Source: a virus. Taken from it: a DNA stretch of 64,000 bases. The notes under the pieces are model-generated. The model was not told the DNA's origin. It saw only the letters and a program-made list of their open reading frames with translations, and did not search any database. Made by a program: the position numbers and the translations under genes. The stretch lies in IMG/VR virus record IMGVR_UViG_3300045988_138376; one strand, 5' to 3'. This document shows positions 1 to 9,559 of the stretch, in pieces (within the stretch, counting starts at the first letter, position 1; every line of letters starts with the position of its first letter).

Positions 1-128
1 AGCTCTTGCATACTTGCAATGATATTTACCTTCGTCACAAGCAAGCCTATACAAATGTTATTAATACTCCACTCCATGCAAAACAAAATACGATTAACAG
101 ATAAATAGCTAATCCAAAGATAGTCGCT

Positions 129-848
129 CTAACTATTAATTTTTCCATTATTCCATTTTTTTAAGTATAATAATCTCATTTCATTCACTAAATGTTCAAA
201 TGATTTTATATAACCCATATTTATAGCAAAAGCTAAAGATTTTTGTAAATCATCTAATTCTTTTAATTGATCTTGTGTGGCTTTATTTCTCAACAACGTT
301 TCATGTATATTAAATACTATATAATTTAATCCTTTTGCTATAACTCTATAATCAACATTACTAAAAACAGATGCAGCAACACACAACTCGTTATACCTAT
401 CTCCTGCCTCAATCCTATTGATAATCAAGTTATCGGTTAACCACATTACTACAATTGCATATATTTCTGGATTAAGTTCTAACGCCAATAATACCCAAAT
501 ATAAGGATTACACATCGTACTTTTATTTTCTCTTGCTCCACAAGTTTTATATGCTCCGTATTTCTTCATAACTTTTACAAGAGAGCTTTCTTTTACTTCT
601 TCCATAAAAACCGGAAATGTGGTTTTTATAAATCCTTGTTTTTCAAGTATATAATAAATTCTTTCAGCAGATCCAATATTTGATAAAATATGTTCTATTC
701 TTCTATCAGACCATCCTTTCTCAATTCTTGCTCGCGTATAAGCTTCTTGTAGATCTGTTACAGACAAGAATTGACTTTTAGTATCTTGCCTAATTGTAAC
801 TCCAAATAATTCCCTGTCTTTTGACTTCATTGTAACTGTTGTTTTCAT
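129..848 (-). CDS. KilA-N domain DNA-binding protein (antirepressor-type family)
   Basis: 239-aa ORF. The N-terminal half (FGVTIRQDTKSQFLSVTDLQEAY..GWSDRR) reads like a KilA-N domain. A TAnnTTTG box lies 24 nt upstream. Confidence 0.6.
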   Translation of the reverse strand: MKTTVTMKSKDRELFGVTIRQDTKSQFLSVTDLQEAYTRARIEKGWSDRRIEHILSNIGSAERIYYILEKQGFIKTTFPVFMEEVKESSLVKVMKKYGAYKTCGARENKSTMCNPYIWVLLALELNPEIYAIVVMWLTDNLIINRIEAGDRYNELCVAASVFSNVDYRVIAKGLNYIVFNIHETLLRNKATQDQLKELDDLQKSLAFAINMGYIKSFEHLVNEMRLLYLKKWNNGKINS

Positions 849-871
849 TCTATATTATATTAAATTATATG

Positions 872-879
872 CAAATATA
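872..879 (-). promoter_or_regulatory. Bacteroidetes-type -7 promoter box (TATATTTG on minus strand)
   Basis: The plus-strand sequence caaatata is the reverse complement of TAnnTTTG. It sits just upstream of the ATG at 848. Confidence 0.5.
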
Positions 880-1104
880 ATACTATTTTTTATAAAATGA
901 AATATTATAGCATTGTTTTTTTATAGGAATAAATAAATATATTATTTTATTGCAAAAAATAACATATTACTCGAATATCAATAAGTATTCGGAATTTTAA
1001 ATTATATTATATTTTGGGAATAAAATAATATATTATATAATCAAGACTTATTCTTTTTAGAATTGACTACGAATACAATTTTCTCTGTAAATAATCCAGG
1101 CGCT

Positions 1105-1581
1105 TTAGATCTTAGTTGCGGCTTCACTGGTGACTTTCTCCCATTCTCCGTTACCTTCGTACTCGCCTTTATCTGTACCTTTTTCTTTGCCATAGCCTAA
1201 TTCGATTAATGTCATTATTGAATAAGAAGCCAAGTCCATTAATGTATCCGCGATAGATTCGTCATTAACTTTTTGATTCTTTTTAGTTGCTAAAGAGATA
1301 ATACGATTCATTTTGTCGCTCATTCGCGTAATGGAGGATATAATCCCAAGCTTTTTAAATGTTTCTCCAAATGAATCGCCATAATCACTGTTTTTTCTTT
1401 CATAAAGAGATGCAATAGAATTTGCAATTGATTTGAACTGCGCAACTTTATCTATGCTCTTTGTTTCAAAATCCTCTGGGAACTCTATCATCCCAAACGG
1501 CTTTGCATAGCTATTCTCCCATGCAATAGGTTTTGCACTACCTAATACATGGGGGAAATTACTGTTATTCTCCTCTTTCAT
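1105..1581 (-). CDS. hypothetical helical protein, possibly DUF1599-like (nucleotide-modification-associated domain)
   Basis: 158-aa ORF. The motif KNSDYGDSF..G...RMSDKMNRI resembles DUF1599 as I remember it. The family assignment is not verified. Confidence 0.55.
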   Translation of the reverse strand: MKEENNSNFPHVLGSAKPIAWENSYAKPFGMIEFPEDFETKSIDKVAQFKSIANSIASLYERKNSDYGDSFGETFKKLGIISSITRMSDKMNRIISLATKKNQKVNDESIADTLMDLASYSIMTLIELGYGKEKGTDKGEYEGNGEWEKVTSEAATKI

Positions 1582-2173
1582 TTTCTCCTTCTTTTAAAAC
1601 TTCTTGTTTAAATCTCTCTGCCGCCAAAATATTCTTTCTAAACTCTTCGTCTTCAATTGGGGTTTCTTCTTGAAGAGGCGCATCCAATTTGCTTTGGAAG
1701 AATTCTATTTGTTTTTTAGTTATATATGTCGCTAAATCAATCCAATATTCGTCATTTGTAAAGCAAATAAGAGGATTTAGTATAATAGAGAAAGTTCCAG
1801 ATAACAGCAAATCATAATTCTCTTTTTCTTGTTCGTTTAAGAGGTCATAATTCCCCTTCAGTTCAATAAGAGACTTCAAATGCCCATAAAGGGAATGCAG
1901 CCACGGTCTTACATACATTCTAAAACCATTCGCGCTTACTATTATCCCAGACTTTGTTTCATACAATTTAAAACTCTCAAAATCAAGTTCTTTTTGGGTT
2001 TCAGAACAAGGCACATGTATCAATGTAGGTTCAACACATAATTGTTCCTTTATTGATAAGATGTCATTAATTAATTTCTCACCATAATGTGCGTTATCGC
2101 AAAGCCCTTTCAGCTTTGCGATCTTAACGCGTAGTTCTTTGTTCAATTCTTCTTTAGTTTTAGTTTCCATCAT
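1565..2173 (-). CDS. hypothetical protein
   Basis: 202-aa ORF that overlaps both neighbours by 14-17 nt within a co-oriented operon. Confidence 0.6.
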   Translation of the reverse strand: MMETKTKEELNKELRVKIAKLKGLCDNAHYGEKLINDILSIKEQLCVEPTLIHVPCSETQKELDFESFKLYETKSGIIVSANGFRMYVRPWLHSLYGHLKSLIELKGNYDLLNEQEKENYDLLLSGTFSIILNPLICFTNDEYWIDLATYITKKQIEFFQSKLDAPLQEETPIEDEEFRKNILAAERFKQEVLKEGENERGE

Positions 2174-2741
2174 TTTCAGTTTTAGGTTTGCGTCCTCTTC
2201 TTTTGGGTGATTCGTCTAATGTTTCAGTATCAACTTCGGAGGCAGCAGATTTATCTATTGCTTTGCTTTCTGTGGGATTTTCAGGATCTTCTACGCCTAA
2301 CATGTAATCAGTAGTAGTTTTTCTTCCGTTGAACCTACTAATTTTCTCTTTAATGCAGATATTTAACAAACGTTTTTTCAGTGTATCGTTGTCAAGCCCG
2401 ATTAGGCTATCTCGTTCTACACGCTCTCTTTGACTGATAAAGTTGATAATATCCTCTTTGGTTTCAACAGCCGGAGTATCAGAAGCACCGAGGCTTAAAT
2501 AGGGATAAATAGCTAATACACTATGTGGAATGCCTCTGTCGGGAGATTCTTTCTTTACATTTATTTCCTCCCATGAAAAGAAATCATGTTCTGCTATAAC
2601 ATAATCCTCACAACCAGATTTACGTTTCAGTTTTACAATTGCCTGTGCCCATACTTTAGAGCCATCATATTCATCGGGAAGTTCCGATATTTTTGCATAA
2701 AGCAACATGTCTATCAAAGATTCATCTTCTCTTGTTACCAT
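2160..2741 (-). CDS. hypothetical protein with AT-hook-like C-terminus
   Basis: 193-aa ORF. The C-terminal PKRRGRKPK resembles an AT-hook core. Confidence 0.6.
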   Translation of the reverse strand: MVTREDESLIDMLLYAKISELPDEYDGSKVWAQAIVKLKRKSGCEDYVIAEHDFFSWEEINVKKESPDRGIPHSVLAIYPYLSLGASDTPAVETKEDIINFISQRERVERDSLIGLDNDTLKKRLLNICIKEKISRFNGRKTTTDYMLGVEDPENPTESKAIDKSAASEVDTETLDESPKRRGRKPKTENDGN

Positions 2742-2816
2742 GATTTTTATATTTTAAATTATGAATTCGCCACAAATATAACTTTTTTAAGTCGTATTTA
2801 CAACCGAGTAGTATTA

Positions 2817-3578
2817 TTAATTGCGACTCAACAACTTATTAACAAAGAACACTTGTCCAGCACCAGTCACTTTTGGAGTTTTATTTATGGTAATATGTCC
2901 ATCACTGTGAGTTATAGCTGTTTCCTTAATCTCAAATAATTTCATCTCCATGCTTTTTTGAGTTGGCATATTAAAATCAGATCCTTTTCTTTTTATTAGA
3001 TAACCATTATCTCTTAACCAAGAAAACATCCTATTTTGTCCCATTTCTACTCCATTCTGCTTGATAATTTTAGCCAAATCTCCAATTAGGATAGAAGTTT
3101 TGGAAGTAGTCACCGCTTCACTGAACAGAACTTTAGGTTTATCAACCTCAATCTTAGCCTCAGCCTCAATCCTTTTCTTTTTTTCCTCTTTCAGATTTTG
3201 CAACAGACCAATCATAAAGTCTGGATTAGAGATAGCCTGTTCCAACACATTGTCTGTCATATATGCACCATGCTTGCGGATCGAAGGTAATACTTCGTTG
3301 CATACCCAATCTTGAAACTTTTCTGCATTAGGAAGCTTAGATTTCATTGTTAATCTATATACTTCCCCTTCTTTCCCGTACTTTATAGGTTGCACACCAC
3401 TTTGAGTAGGGGTTTCCAAAACGGTAACCCCCTTACAATGGTCTATAACAGCCTTTGCCGGATTTGAATAACCGAGAGATTTCGCCACATCAGCCAAACA
3501 AAATAAAGGCTCACCGTCAACGACTGATACTCTTACCTTTCCGAACTCTAAATTTTCAAATACTTTAATTTCTGACAT
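2817..3578 (-). CDS. phage antirepressor, Bro-N N-terminal domain plus KilAC-type C-terminal domain
   Basis: The N-terminus FENLEFGKVRVSVVDGEPLFCLADVAKSLGY is Bro-N-like. The C-terminal half is paralogous to those of 11891..12610 and 40462..41184. Confidence 0.75.
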   Translation of the reverse strand: MSEIKVFENLEFGKVRVSVVDGEPLFCLADVAKSLGYSNPAKAVIDHCKGVTVLETPTQSGVQPIKYGKEGEVYRLTMKSKLPNAEKFQDWVCNEVLPSIRKHGAYMTDNVLEQAISNPDFMIGLLQNLKEEKKKRIEAEAKIEVDKPKVLFSEAVTTSKTSILIGDLAKIIKQNGVEMGQNRMFSWLRDNGYLIKRKGSDFNMPTQKSMEMKLFEIKETAITHSDGHITINKTPKVTGAGQVFFVNKLLSRN

Positions 3579-3608
3579 AATTTTGATTTTTAATGATTAG
3601 TACTATTA

Positions 3609-3809
3609 TTATTTGCTCAACAAAGAGTTAAGCGTCTCTCTAAACTTTTTGTAGTCTTTCAATTCTTCATCAGACAATACAATAAAGCACATTCCATCAA
3701 TGTATGTACATTCTAATTTTTCTCTTTTGATTAATCTCCAAATCCATGGTACGGTAACACCTTTCATGTCAGCGTAATTTTTGACCTTAATAAGATTTTC
3801 TAACTTCAT
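3609..3809 (-). CDS. small helix-turn-helix protein (excisionase/MerR-like fold), family member 1 of 4
   Basis: 66 aa. The segment NYADMKGVTVPWIWRLIKREKL..IDGMCFI is paralogous to 11725..11889, 15085..15270 and 35966..36136. Confidence 0.6.
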   Translation of the reverse strand: MKLENLIKVKNYADMKGVTVPWIWRLIKREKLECTYIDGMCFIVLSDEELKDYKKFRETLNSLLSK

Positions 3810-3838
3810 GTTATTTATTGTTTATTGGTTTAACAGTA

Positions 3839-3846
3839 CAAATATA
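3839..3846 (-). promoter_or_regulatory. -7 promoter box TATATTTG (minus strand)
   Basis: caaatata on the plus strand, about 30 nt upstream of the ATG at 3809. Confidence 0.5.
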
Positions 3847-3980
3847 GCGTTAATTACCATATACCGCCAAATAAAAAGATAATATTTTCAGGATTTAACA
3901 TTGTTTTATAAAAAAAGCGGCAAGAACCAAGTCTCACCGCCCAAAACAATTATGAATAAAATTAAAACTAAAGATTTCTG

Positions 3981-4535
3981 TTACCAGATTTTATATCCTG
4001 CGCCAATATTATATACGGGCTTATTTCCAAAGACTCCTATACCACCATTTAAATAAAATCCTCTTGGGAATGTAATAGCAACGTTTAAAGTTGGTATATA
4101 GTTCTGATCAAAGTAAGAAACTTGTCCATAAAGATACCCTTGTGTTTTTTTAGGGGGATATATGGTTTTCGTTTCCGTATTTGTTATGGTCTTATATTCC
4201 GTTTTATTAAAGACGTTTATTTTATCCAATGAAGGATTATACCCCGACACCCAAGCTTCATATCTACCATCTTCTTTATAATATTTCTGTTCTATTGGAA
4301 GTATTATTTTAGAAGAGTCAGGGGTATATATGTAAATTGTATCAACAATCTTTTTTTCTTTAAATATTGGAGATACTAATTCAAGAGTATCGTATTTTAC
4401 TATCCAAACCGTATCTGTCTGAAAAACCGTAGTAGGCTTCTCTAATGGTTTATTAAAATACGGGACAATTGCTATTACCACTAATGATATGATGATGACA
4501 TATACAATAGCATTACAACGCTTTAATTTCATCAC
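3981..4535 (-). CDS. membrane-anchored protein with outer-membrane beta-barrel-like C-terminal signature
   Basis: 184 aa. It has an N-terminal hydrophobic helix (AIVYVIIISLVVIAIV) and an alternating aromatic C-terminus ending in GAGYKIW. Confidence 0.55.
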   Translation of the reverse strand: MMKLKRCNAIVYVIIISLVVIAIVPYFNKPLEKPTTVFQTDTVWIVKYDTLELVSPIFKEKKIVDTIYIYTPDSSKIILPIEQKYYKEDGRYEAWVSGYNPSLDKINVFNKTEYKTITNTETKTIYPPKKTQGYLYGQVSYFDQNYIPTLNVAITFPRGFYLNGGIGVFGNKPVYNIGAGYKIW

Positions 4536-4887
4536 ATGCTTTTATTACTTCATCATAAATACGACGCAAGCTAATCGCATAACTGACATTTCTTGCATTT
4601 AAGGTAAAAGCCGAAATTTTATATTCATCAGAACTCAAGAAATCCATTTCCTTTGAAACAGCTTTACCTATTCTTTCAAGACTTAACAATTCCTGAGATT
4701 TTTCTTTCCCATTAAACCAGTCTGTGAAATCCTTAAAAGTTCTATTACATTCTCCTGATCTGTAAATAAGTCCGTCTCCGTCATTCATTACATTAAGAGC
4801 TATCAAATAACCAATAGCTTTTGATACAATATCTTTAGAATAATAATTTTCTTTAAAATGTTTTTTTACGTCTTCAAAGTTCTTCAT
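4513..4887 (-). CDS. hypothetical protein
   Basis: 124-aa ORF starting 27 nt downstream of the tnpB stop codon. Confidence 0.55.
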   Translation of the reverse strand: MKNFEDVKKHFKENYYSKDIVSKAIGYLIALNVMNDGDGLIYRSGECNRTFKDFTDWFNGKEKSQELLSLERIGKAVSKEMDFLSSDEYKISAFTLNARNVSYAISLRRIYDEVIKACDEIKAL

Positions 4888-5050
4888 TTCTTGTTAGGGC
4901 ACTTATATCCAAGTTTACACTTGTCTATTTTGACGTTTCACCGAACCGCTACTTCTTAGGTGACTTTCGCCACGTTCGTCCATAGTTAGGTTCTCACCGT
5001 CCGAACCCCGGTGTGCCACCGGTTCTGTTAATAAATTCTGTTCTTGCAGT
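4888..5050 (-). ncRNA. candidate TnpB omega/right-end RNA overlapping the tnpB 3' end
   Basis: On the minus strand there is a GUGGC-GAAA-GUCAC tetraloop hairpin (4960-4973) and a GAACCGG..CCGGGGUUC helix (5003-5025). This is the position where omega RNAs map in characterised TnpB systems. Confidence 0.4.
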
Positions 5051-6135
5051 CCGAATCGTTTAATATTCTGTGCTGCATTTAAGTCTCTGTCATTTACTAT
5101 TCCACACTTAGGGCAAGTCCATGTACGGTCAGATAGTTTCATTCCCCGGTTTACATATCCACATCCACACATTTTAGATGAAGGCTGAAATCTACCGATG
5201 CGAATCAAAGTCTTTCCATACCATTTGCACTTGTATTCAAGCATGGAAAAGAAAGTAGACCAACCAACAGAACCTATTGAACGGGCTAAATGATGATTCT
5301 TCATCAGACCTTTGACGTTCAAATCCTCTATAATAATCGCTTGGTTTTCACGAACGAGTTTAGTACTAATCTTGTGAAGATAGTCCGTCCGTTGGTTGGT
5401 TACTTTCTCATATTGTCTTGCTAACCTCTTTCTAATTCTTTCACGTCTATTCCCTCCTTTTTTAGCCTTACTGAAACGTCTTTGCAGTTGTTTTAGTTTG
5501 ACTGTTGATTTCTCCAAGTATTTTGGATTCTTATACACATCACCATTGGAACATACTGCAAAGTCTTTAATACCTACATCAATCCCAATAGTCCCGTCAT
5601 ATGTTATGTTTTCCTTAGCTGGAAAATCTTTATCATCATCTACCAATACGCTAATATAGTATTTATCAGTAGGAGTTTTTGATACTACGACTGAGGTTAT
5701 TCTCCCTTCAAATGCACGGTTAGCTGCAAACTTTACCCATCCTATCTTTGGGAGTCTTATCTTGTTGCTGTCTAAGTCAACCACTACTGAATTGATAGCT
5801 TTATACGACTGTCTATTATCATGCTTTGACTTGAATTTAGGAAATCCTTTCTTTTCCCTAAAGAATCTCGTAAAAGCGGAATCAAGATTACGGATTGACT
5901 GTTGCAGGCATTCGTTTGACACCTCTTTTAACCACCCCATTCCCTCTTCCTTTTTCAAACCTGTAAGCATCTTGCACAGATCAATAGAATTTATCCGCTT
6001 ATTTTCTGTCTGATATGCTTCAATGCGTTTGTTCAAAGCCCAATTATATACATACCTCGCACATCCAAAAGACTTCGCAAAGAAAATCTTCTGTTCTTTT
6101 GTAGGATGTAATCTGTATTTATAGGCTCGTAACAT
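4915..6135 (-). CDS. tnpB: TnpB RNA-guided nuclease-like protein (IS200/IS605 OrfB)
   Basis: The N-terminus MLRAYKYRLHPTKEQ is typical of the family. RuvC-like motifs are IGIDVGIKDF, IIIEDLNVKG and NDRDLNAAQNI. A zinc finger reads CGCG..17..CPKCG. Confidence 0.9.
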   Translation of the reverse strand: MLRAYKYRLHPTKEQKIFFAKSFGCARYVYNWALNKRIEAYQTENKRINSIDLCKMLTGLKKEEGMGWLKEVSNECLQQSIRNLDSAFTRFFREKKGFPKFKSKHDNRQSYKAINSVVVDLDSNKIRLPKIGWVKFAANRAFEGRITSVVVSKTPTDKYYISVLVDDDKDFPAKENITYDGTIGIDVGIKDFAVCSNGDVYKNPKYLEKSTVKLKQLQRRFSKAKKGGNRRERIRKRLARQYEKVTNQRTDYLHKISTKLVRENQAIIIEDLNVKGLMKNHHLARSIGSVGWSTFFSMLEYKCKWYGKTLIRIGRFQPSSKMCGCGYVNRGMKLSDRTWTCPKCGIVNDRDLNAAQNIKRFGLQEQNLLTEPVAHRGSDGENLTMDERGESHLRSSGSVKRQNRQV

Positions 6136-6158
6136 AGCTTATTTCTATTGATTCAGTG

Positions 6159-6166
6159 CAAATATA
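6159..6166 (-). promoter_or_regulatory. -7 promoter box TATATTTG upstream of tnpB
   Basis: caaatata on the plus strand, 24 nt upstream of the tnpB ATG. Confidence 0.5.
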
Positions 6167-6245
6167 GTGAACGATAAACTAAAATACAACTATATTAGTT
6201 TATTTAACTATTTACTTGGTGTTGGGACGTATATAAGTGTCATTG

Positions 6246-6692
6246 TTAGTTTTTAATAGTCGTAAGACCGTTGATATTAGTAAATTTAAATGTTGCTAAA
6301 ATATATGGGGAGTTTCCATGCAGATAATCCGAAGATGGCTCTACTTTATCAGAGAGAATAATCTCTGCTTGTCTTTTTCTGATAGTATCCCAATACAATA
6401 TTTTTTTCCCAAGAACATAATTATAAAAATTGTCGAAAGTATCACGACGATTGACTCCTATAAATGCAAACACGAATTCAATATCTGTAGCATCTACCGT
6501 TGGAGTATCTGGTATGTAGTAATTACTTCCATTGCTTTCAGGAAATACTTCTGAATAAACTCTTGGCTTACCCTTAGTGGATAGCCCTTTGCATGACACA
6601 TACTTCATACCAGGGAAATCTACCTCTAAGTTTTTAACGGGTTGCGTTGTTGGCTTCCCTATCTCTTGCATATAAAAAACCGGATCACTCAT
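6246..6692 (-). CDS. hypothetical protein
   Basis: 148-aa ORF that overlaps the upstream gene by 8 nt. Confidence 0.6.
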   Translation of the reverse strand: MSDPVFYMQEIGKPTTQPVKNLEVDFPGMKYVSCKGLSTKGKPRVYSEVFPESNGSNYYIPDTPTVDATDIEFVFAFIGVNRRDTFDNFYNYVLGKKILYWDTIRKRQAEIILSDKVEPSSDYLHGNSPYILATFKFTNINGLTTIKN

Positions 6693-7206
6693 CGTCTTTC
6701 GGAATTATTCGTTCAACTATAACGCGGCTATTAATTACGTCTCCTGTAATTAAAGGCGAGCCGCCATATACATAAATAAAACATCTGCTATTTGCTCCAA
6801 TGCTTATATCTATCCTACTATCACCAGCAATAAAGATTTTGCAAAAATGATTGGGTTTTATTTTGAGATCTGTATTACTATATAATATACACAAAAGAGT
6901 AGTAGAAACCTCAAAGTTATCGTCGTTGTATTCACATAGCATAGCCCCAGTATATCCATGCCCCTTATCATTTTTATATTCGCAAATATACTTCCCATTT
7001 ACATAGGCTTTAAATTTCTTTGCAAAATATTCAGGGGATACACCCCACCCCTCGGCAACAGAAGCAGCCATAAATTCTGCTCCATTAGCATCACAAGCAA
7101 TTTCAAATAATTCTCTATTGCTTTTTTCAGAAGTCCATTTGTCAGTATAACCTTGACAGAGACCTCTTTCTATAGCGTTTTTTTTAAATTGTTCTAAATC
7201 TATCAT
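6685..7206 (-). CDS. hypothetical protein
   Basis: 173-aa ORF with a promoter box at 7227-7234. Confidence 0.6.
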   Translation of the reverse strand: MIDLEQFKKNAIERGLCQGYTDKWTSEKSNRELFEIACDANGAEFMAASVAEGWGVSPEYFAKKFKAYVNGKYICEYKNDKGHGYTGAMLCEYNDDNFEVSTTLLCILYSNTDLKIKPNHFCKIFIAGDSRIDISIGANSRCFIYVYGGSPLITGDVINSRVIVERIIPKDDE

Positions 7207-7226
7207 TGTTAGTCTGTTTTATACCG

Positions 7227-7234
7227 CAAATATA
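7227..7234 (-). promoter_or_regulatory. -7 promoter box TATATTTG (minus strand)
   Basis: caaatata on the plus strand, 21 nt upstream of the ATG at 7206. Confidence 0.5.
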
Positions 7235-7241
7235 GCAATTA

Positions 7242-7460
7242 TTACTTTAAATCCAATACTCTATCCCATTCAACTTCTATTTTCAGTAAAAAATCATCCA
7301 GTGACTTACTGTTTTGTAAAATACTCATGGCTGGTATTCCAACTCTATATAAACATCTTATTTCTATCGCTCCAACTCGTCTATAAGTTTGTATGTAGTC
7401 AATAGTACTTTGATATAATTCTTCATCTGTCATATCTATATTTTTTTTTAAAAAGGACAA
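7242..7460 (-). CDS. hypothetical small protein
   Basis: 72-aa ORF that overlaps the primase-helicase stop by 13 nt. Confidence 0.5.
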   Translation of the reverse strand: MSFLKKNIDMTDEELYQSTIDYIQTYRRVGAIEIRCLYRVGIPAMSILQNSKSLDDFLLKIEVEWDRVLDLK

Positions 7461-9559
7461 CTTTCATCTCCACTTGTAAATGGCAATCCATTATCCTTAT
7501 TTTGATTAATATCTCTCGTTTCTTGATTATGCCATGATTCGGATTGAGAATATGTAAAAGAATAAGGTTTAGGGGATTCTTCCCATCCATAATGTATATC
7601 TTCATTTTCTTCATTTTTGAACCTTCGGCTTGGTATATCATAGTGCATTCCCACCAAATAATCTACTACACCATACATTCGGTTTTTAGCCACCTCTATT
7701 ACGTTTCCAAATCCAGTATATCCGGCAACCTTATCCTTCCCTAAAAACTCTCCTCCACGTTTAATGAAGTCATTATTAACTCGATGGATTATAAATACAT
7801 TGTCAACAGCATTTGTTAAATCGGCTGTTCCGCTAATTGAATCCTTTCTTAGAAATTCAACTTGTTTACGTGGATGGCAGACCAGAATTAAATGGATTTG
7901 ATTCTTTTTAGAAAACTCGCATATTTTCAAAATTAGCTCTTTTTGCTTATTGTTTTTATCTCCATCAAATAAATCAATATCAAGAGAAAACAAGTTATCA
8001 AGAATCAAAAGCTTTACGCCATTATCAACCATTTCTTTCATGTCGTTAAAAAGCTGCGCGAACTTAGATCCATACTCGTTATTATACAAAAAGAACTTCC
8101 CATCAAGCCAATTATCTATTTTTTCAGCAGCAGCAGGCAAAACATCATACTTTCCAGCGCCAGGTATTCGTTCAACTAAATTCCTACTGCCTGCGGCAAC
8201 CATTTGAATCCAAGTTTTTAGAATATCTGGACGTAATTCTCCGCTCCACAATGCAGCCTTATATCCCTGATTTACAACATTGAGAATTAATGTATTTAGC
8301 CATGATGATTTTCCACTGGAATTACTCCCAGACAAAATAGATACTTCTCCAAGATTTAACCCAACCATAGCCCTATCCAAGACATGGAAACCTGTTTTTA
8401 GACTTATGATTTCTGTCAGATTTATCTTTTTAATATCCTTCATGCTAAACCATTTCTTGCCTAATTCTTTTGTCTCCTCCTTAATTTTTATTTCTTTTTT
8501 TGGATGAGTTGGATAGTTATTATTCCCATATTGGATATTATTTCTTGGAGTAACATCATACGCATTAGGCTCGTATTTTAAGCGCAAATCCCTCCAAGTA
8601 TATTGGCTACATGAATTATGAAAACAAGTAAAACCTATGCCGTCTTTAGATACAAAAATAGCCGAATCAGGATGTTTATGCGAAGAATCAAATGGGCATT
8701 CGTCTAATATGATCTTTCTTGTTCCATCACCAAGCAATGTCTCTTTATGTACTTTTATTCCATGCTTACTGATAAAGTTATCAATATCAAATTGTTCCCT
8801 ATTACCGTTATTAAATCGAACTATTGGTTCTATTTTAGGAATATAATCAGCGAGTCTTTTGAATAAAGATATATCATTCTCTTTAATTTCTTGCGGTACG
8901 ACTAATATTTTGCTAATTCGATGTGGTCTATTAGGCGTATTGCCTCCCTTTCTCGAATACGTGCCATAGAGCTTTGTTATTCTCGCTGGATTAAATACCT
9001 TCACATCAACATCAACATGGTCATCAGTAAACTTGGAAGATAAGTACTTCAAAAAATCCCTGATGATAGTTGTATTTTCATCGGTATTATCCAAATCCAC
9101 CTTATACATCAAATGGTATCCATTACCAGATTCGCAAACAATTGGATAATTAAACCCGTTTGCTTTCAAAAAGGTTCTTGCTGCGTTTGCTGTCTTGCGA
9201 GAACATTCCTTCTCTTCATCAGTACTTGCTACATCCTTTACGCCACCTTCACGTATTGGATCAAAATCAATAAGCACCCAACGTCTTTTTTGAATATCAG
9301 CATCCTTAATCGCAGGTGCACCTTTCACCATAGTGTTAAACTGCGGCAGGCCATCTAAGGCGTTTTTTAGCTCGTTAAAGGTAAAATAGATGTTGTACCT
9401 ATCATCGAACCTTTGAATTGATTCTACGGCTTTATTTGCGTCTCTAAACACGCCTGAATAGATGTCATTCTTGTTTAGTGGATTAAAAAGTCGTATTTCG
9501 AATAATTCTCCATCATTTCTGAATAGAGTAAGGCTCTTTTTTATTTCTTCGTTATTCAT
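7448..9559 (-). CDS. bifunctional AEP-type primase(-polymerase) / DnaB-like (SF4, RecA-fold) helicase
   Basis: AEP motifs are VLIDFDP (DxD), SGNGYHL (sGxGxH) and NPARITKLYGT. A Zn ribbon reads CPFDSSHKH..CFHNSC. Walker A is GSNSSGKS and Walker B is LLILDNL. Confidence 0.8.
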   Translation of the reverse strand: MNNEEIKKSLTLFRNDGELFEIRLFNPLNKNDIYSGVFRDANKAVESIQRFDDRYNIYFTFNELKNALDGLPQFNTMVKGAPAIKDADIQKRRWVLIDFDPIREGGVKDVASTDEEKECSRKTANAARTFLKANGFNYPIVCESGNGYHLMYKVDLDNTDENTTIIRDFLKYLSSKFTDDHVDVDVKVFNPARITKLYGTYSRKGGNTPNRPHRISKILVVPQEIKENDISLFKRLADYIPKIEPIVRFNNGNREQFDIDNFISKHGIKVHKETLLGDGTRKIILDECPFDSSHKHPDSAIFVSKDGIGFTCFHNSCSQYTWRDLRLKYEPNAYDVTPRNNIQYGNNNYPTHPKKEIKIKEETKELGKKWFSMKDIKKINLTEIISLKTGFHVLDRAMVGLNLGEVSILSGSNSSGKSSWLNTLILNVVNQGYKAALWSGELRPDILKTWIQMVAAGSRNLVERIPGAGKYDVLPAAAEKIDNWLDGKFFLYNNEYGSKFAQLFNDMKEMVDNGVKLLILDNLFSLDIDLFDGDKNNKQKELILKICEFSKKNQIHLILVCHPRKQVEFLRKDSISGTADLTNAVDNVFIIHRVNNDFIKRGGEFLGKDKVAGYTGFGNVIEVAKNRMYGVVDYLVGMHYDIPSRRFKNEENEDIHYGWEESPKPYSFTYSQSESWHNQETRDINQNKDNGLPFTSGDESCPF

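Larger units (their letters stand above)
4888..6245 (-). mobile_element. tnpB-only IS200/IS605-family (IS1341-like) element; ends not mapped
   Basis: A single TnpB ORF with its own TAnnTTTG promoter fills the gap between two intact phage genes. No tnpA is present. The stated boundaries are the maximum possible. Confidence 0.55.

Noticed and set aside
1063-1072. Extra copy of the iteron core TTGACTACGA in the 849-1104 intergenic region as a second initiator-binding site.
   Set aside because: A single 10-nt match in 64 kb read on both strands is only marginally unexpected (roughly 0.1 expected by chance). It is mentioned under the iteron finding but not called as a feature.
5310-5335. tRNA-like T-loop string GTTCAAATCC.
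   Set aside because: The flanking bases do not form a T-stem and no acceptor or anticodon arms can be drawn. It lies inside the tnpB coding sequence. No convincing tRNA was found anywhere in the window by eye; a tRNAscan run would be the definitive check.
7423-7641. 72-aa minus-strand ORF overlapping the 3' end of the primase-helicase gene in another frame.
   Set aside because: It is entirely nested within, or overlapping, two better-supported ORFs (7448..9559 and 7242..7460) and has a Lys/Ile-rich low-complexity sequence.
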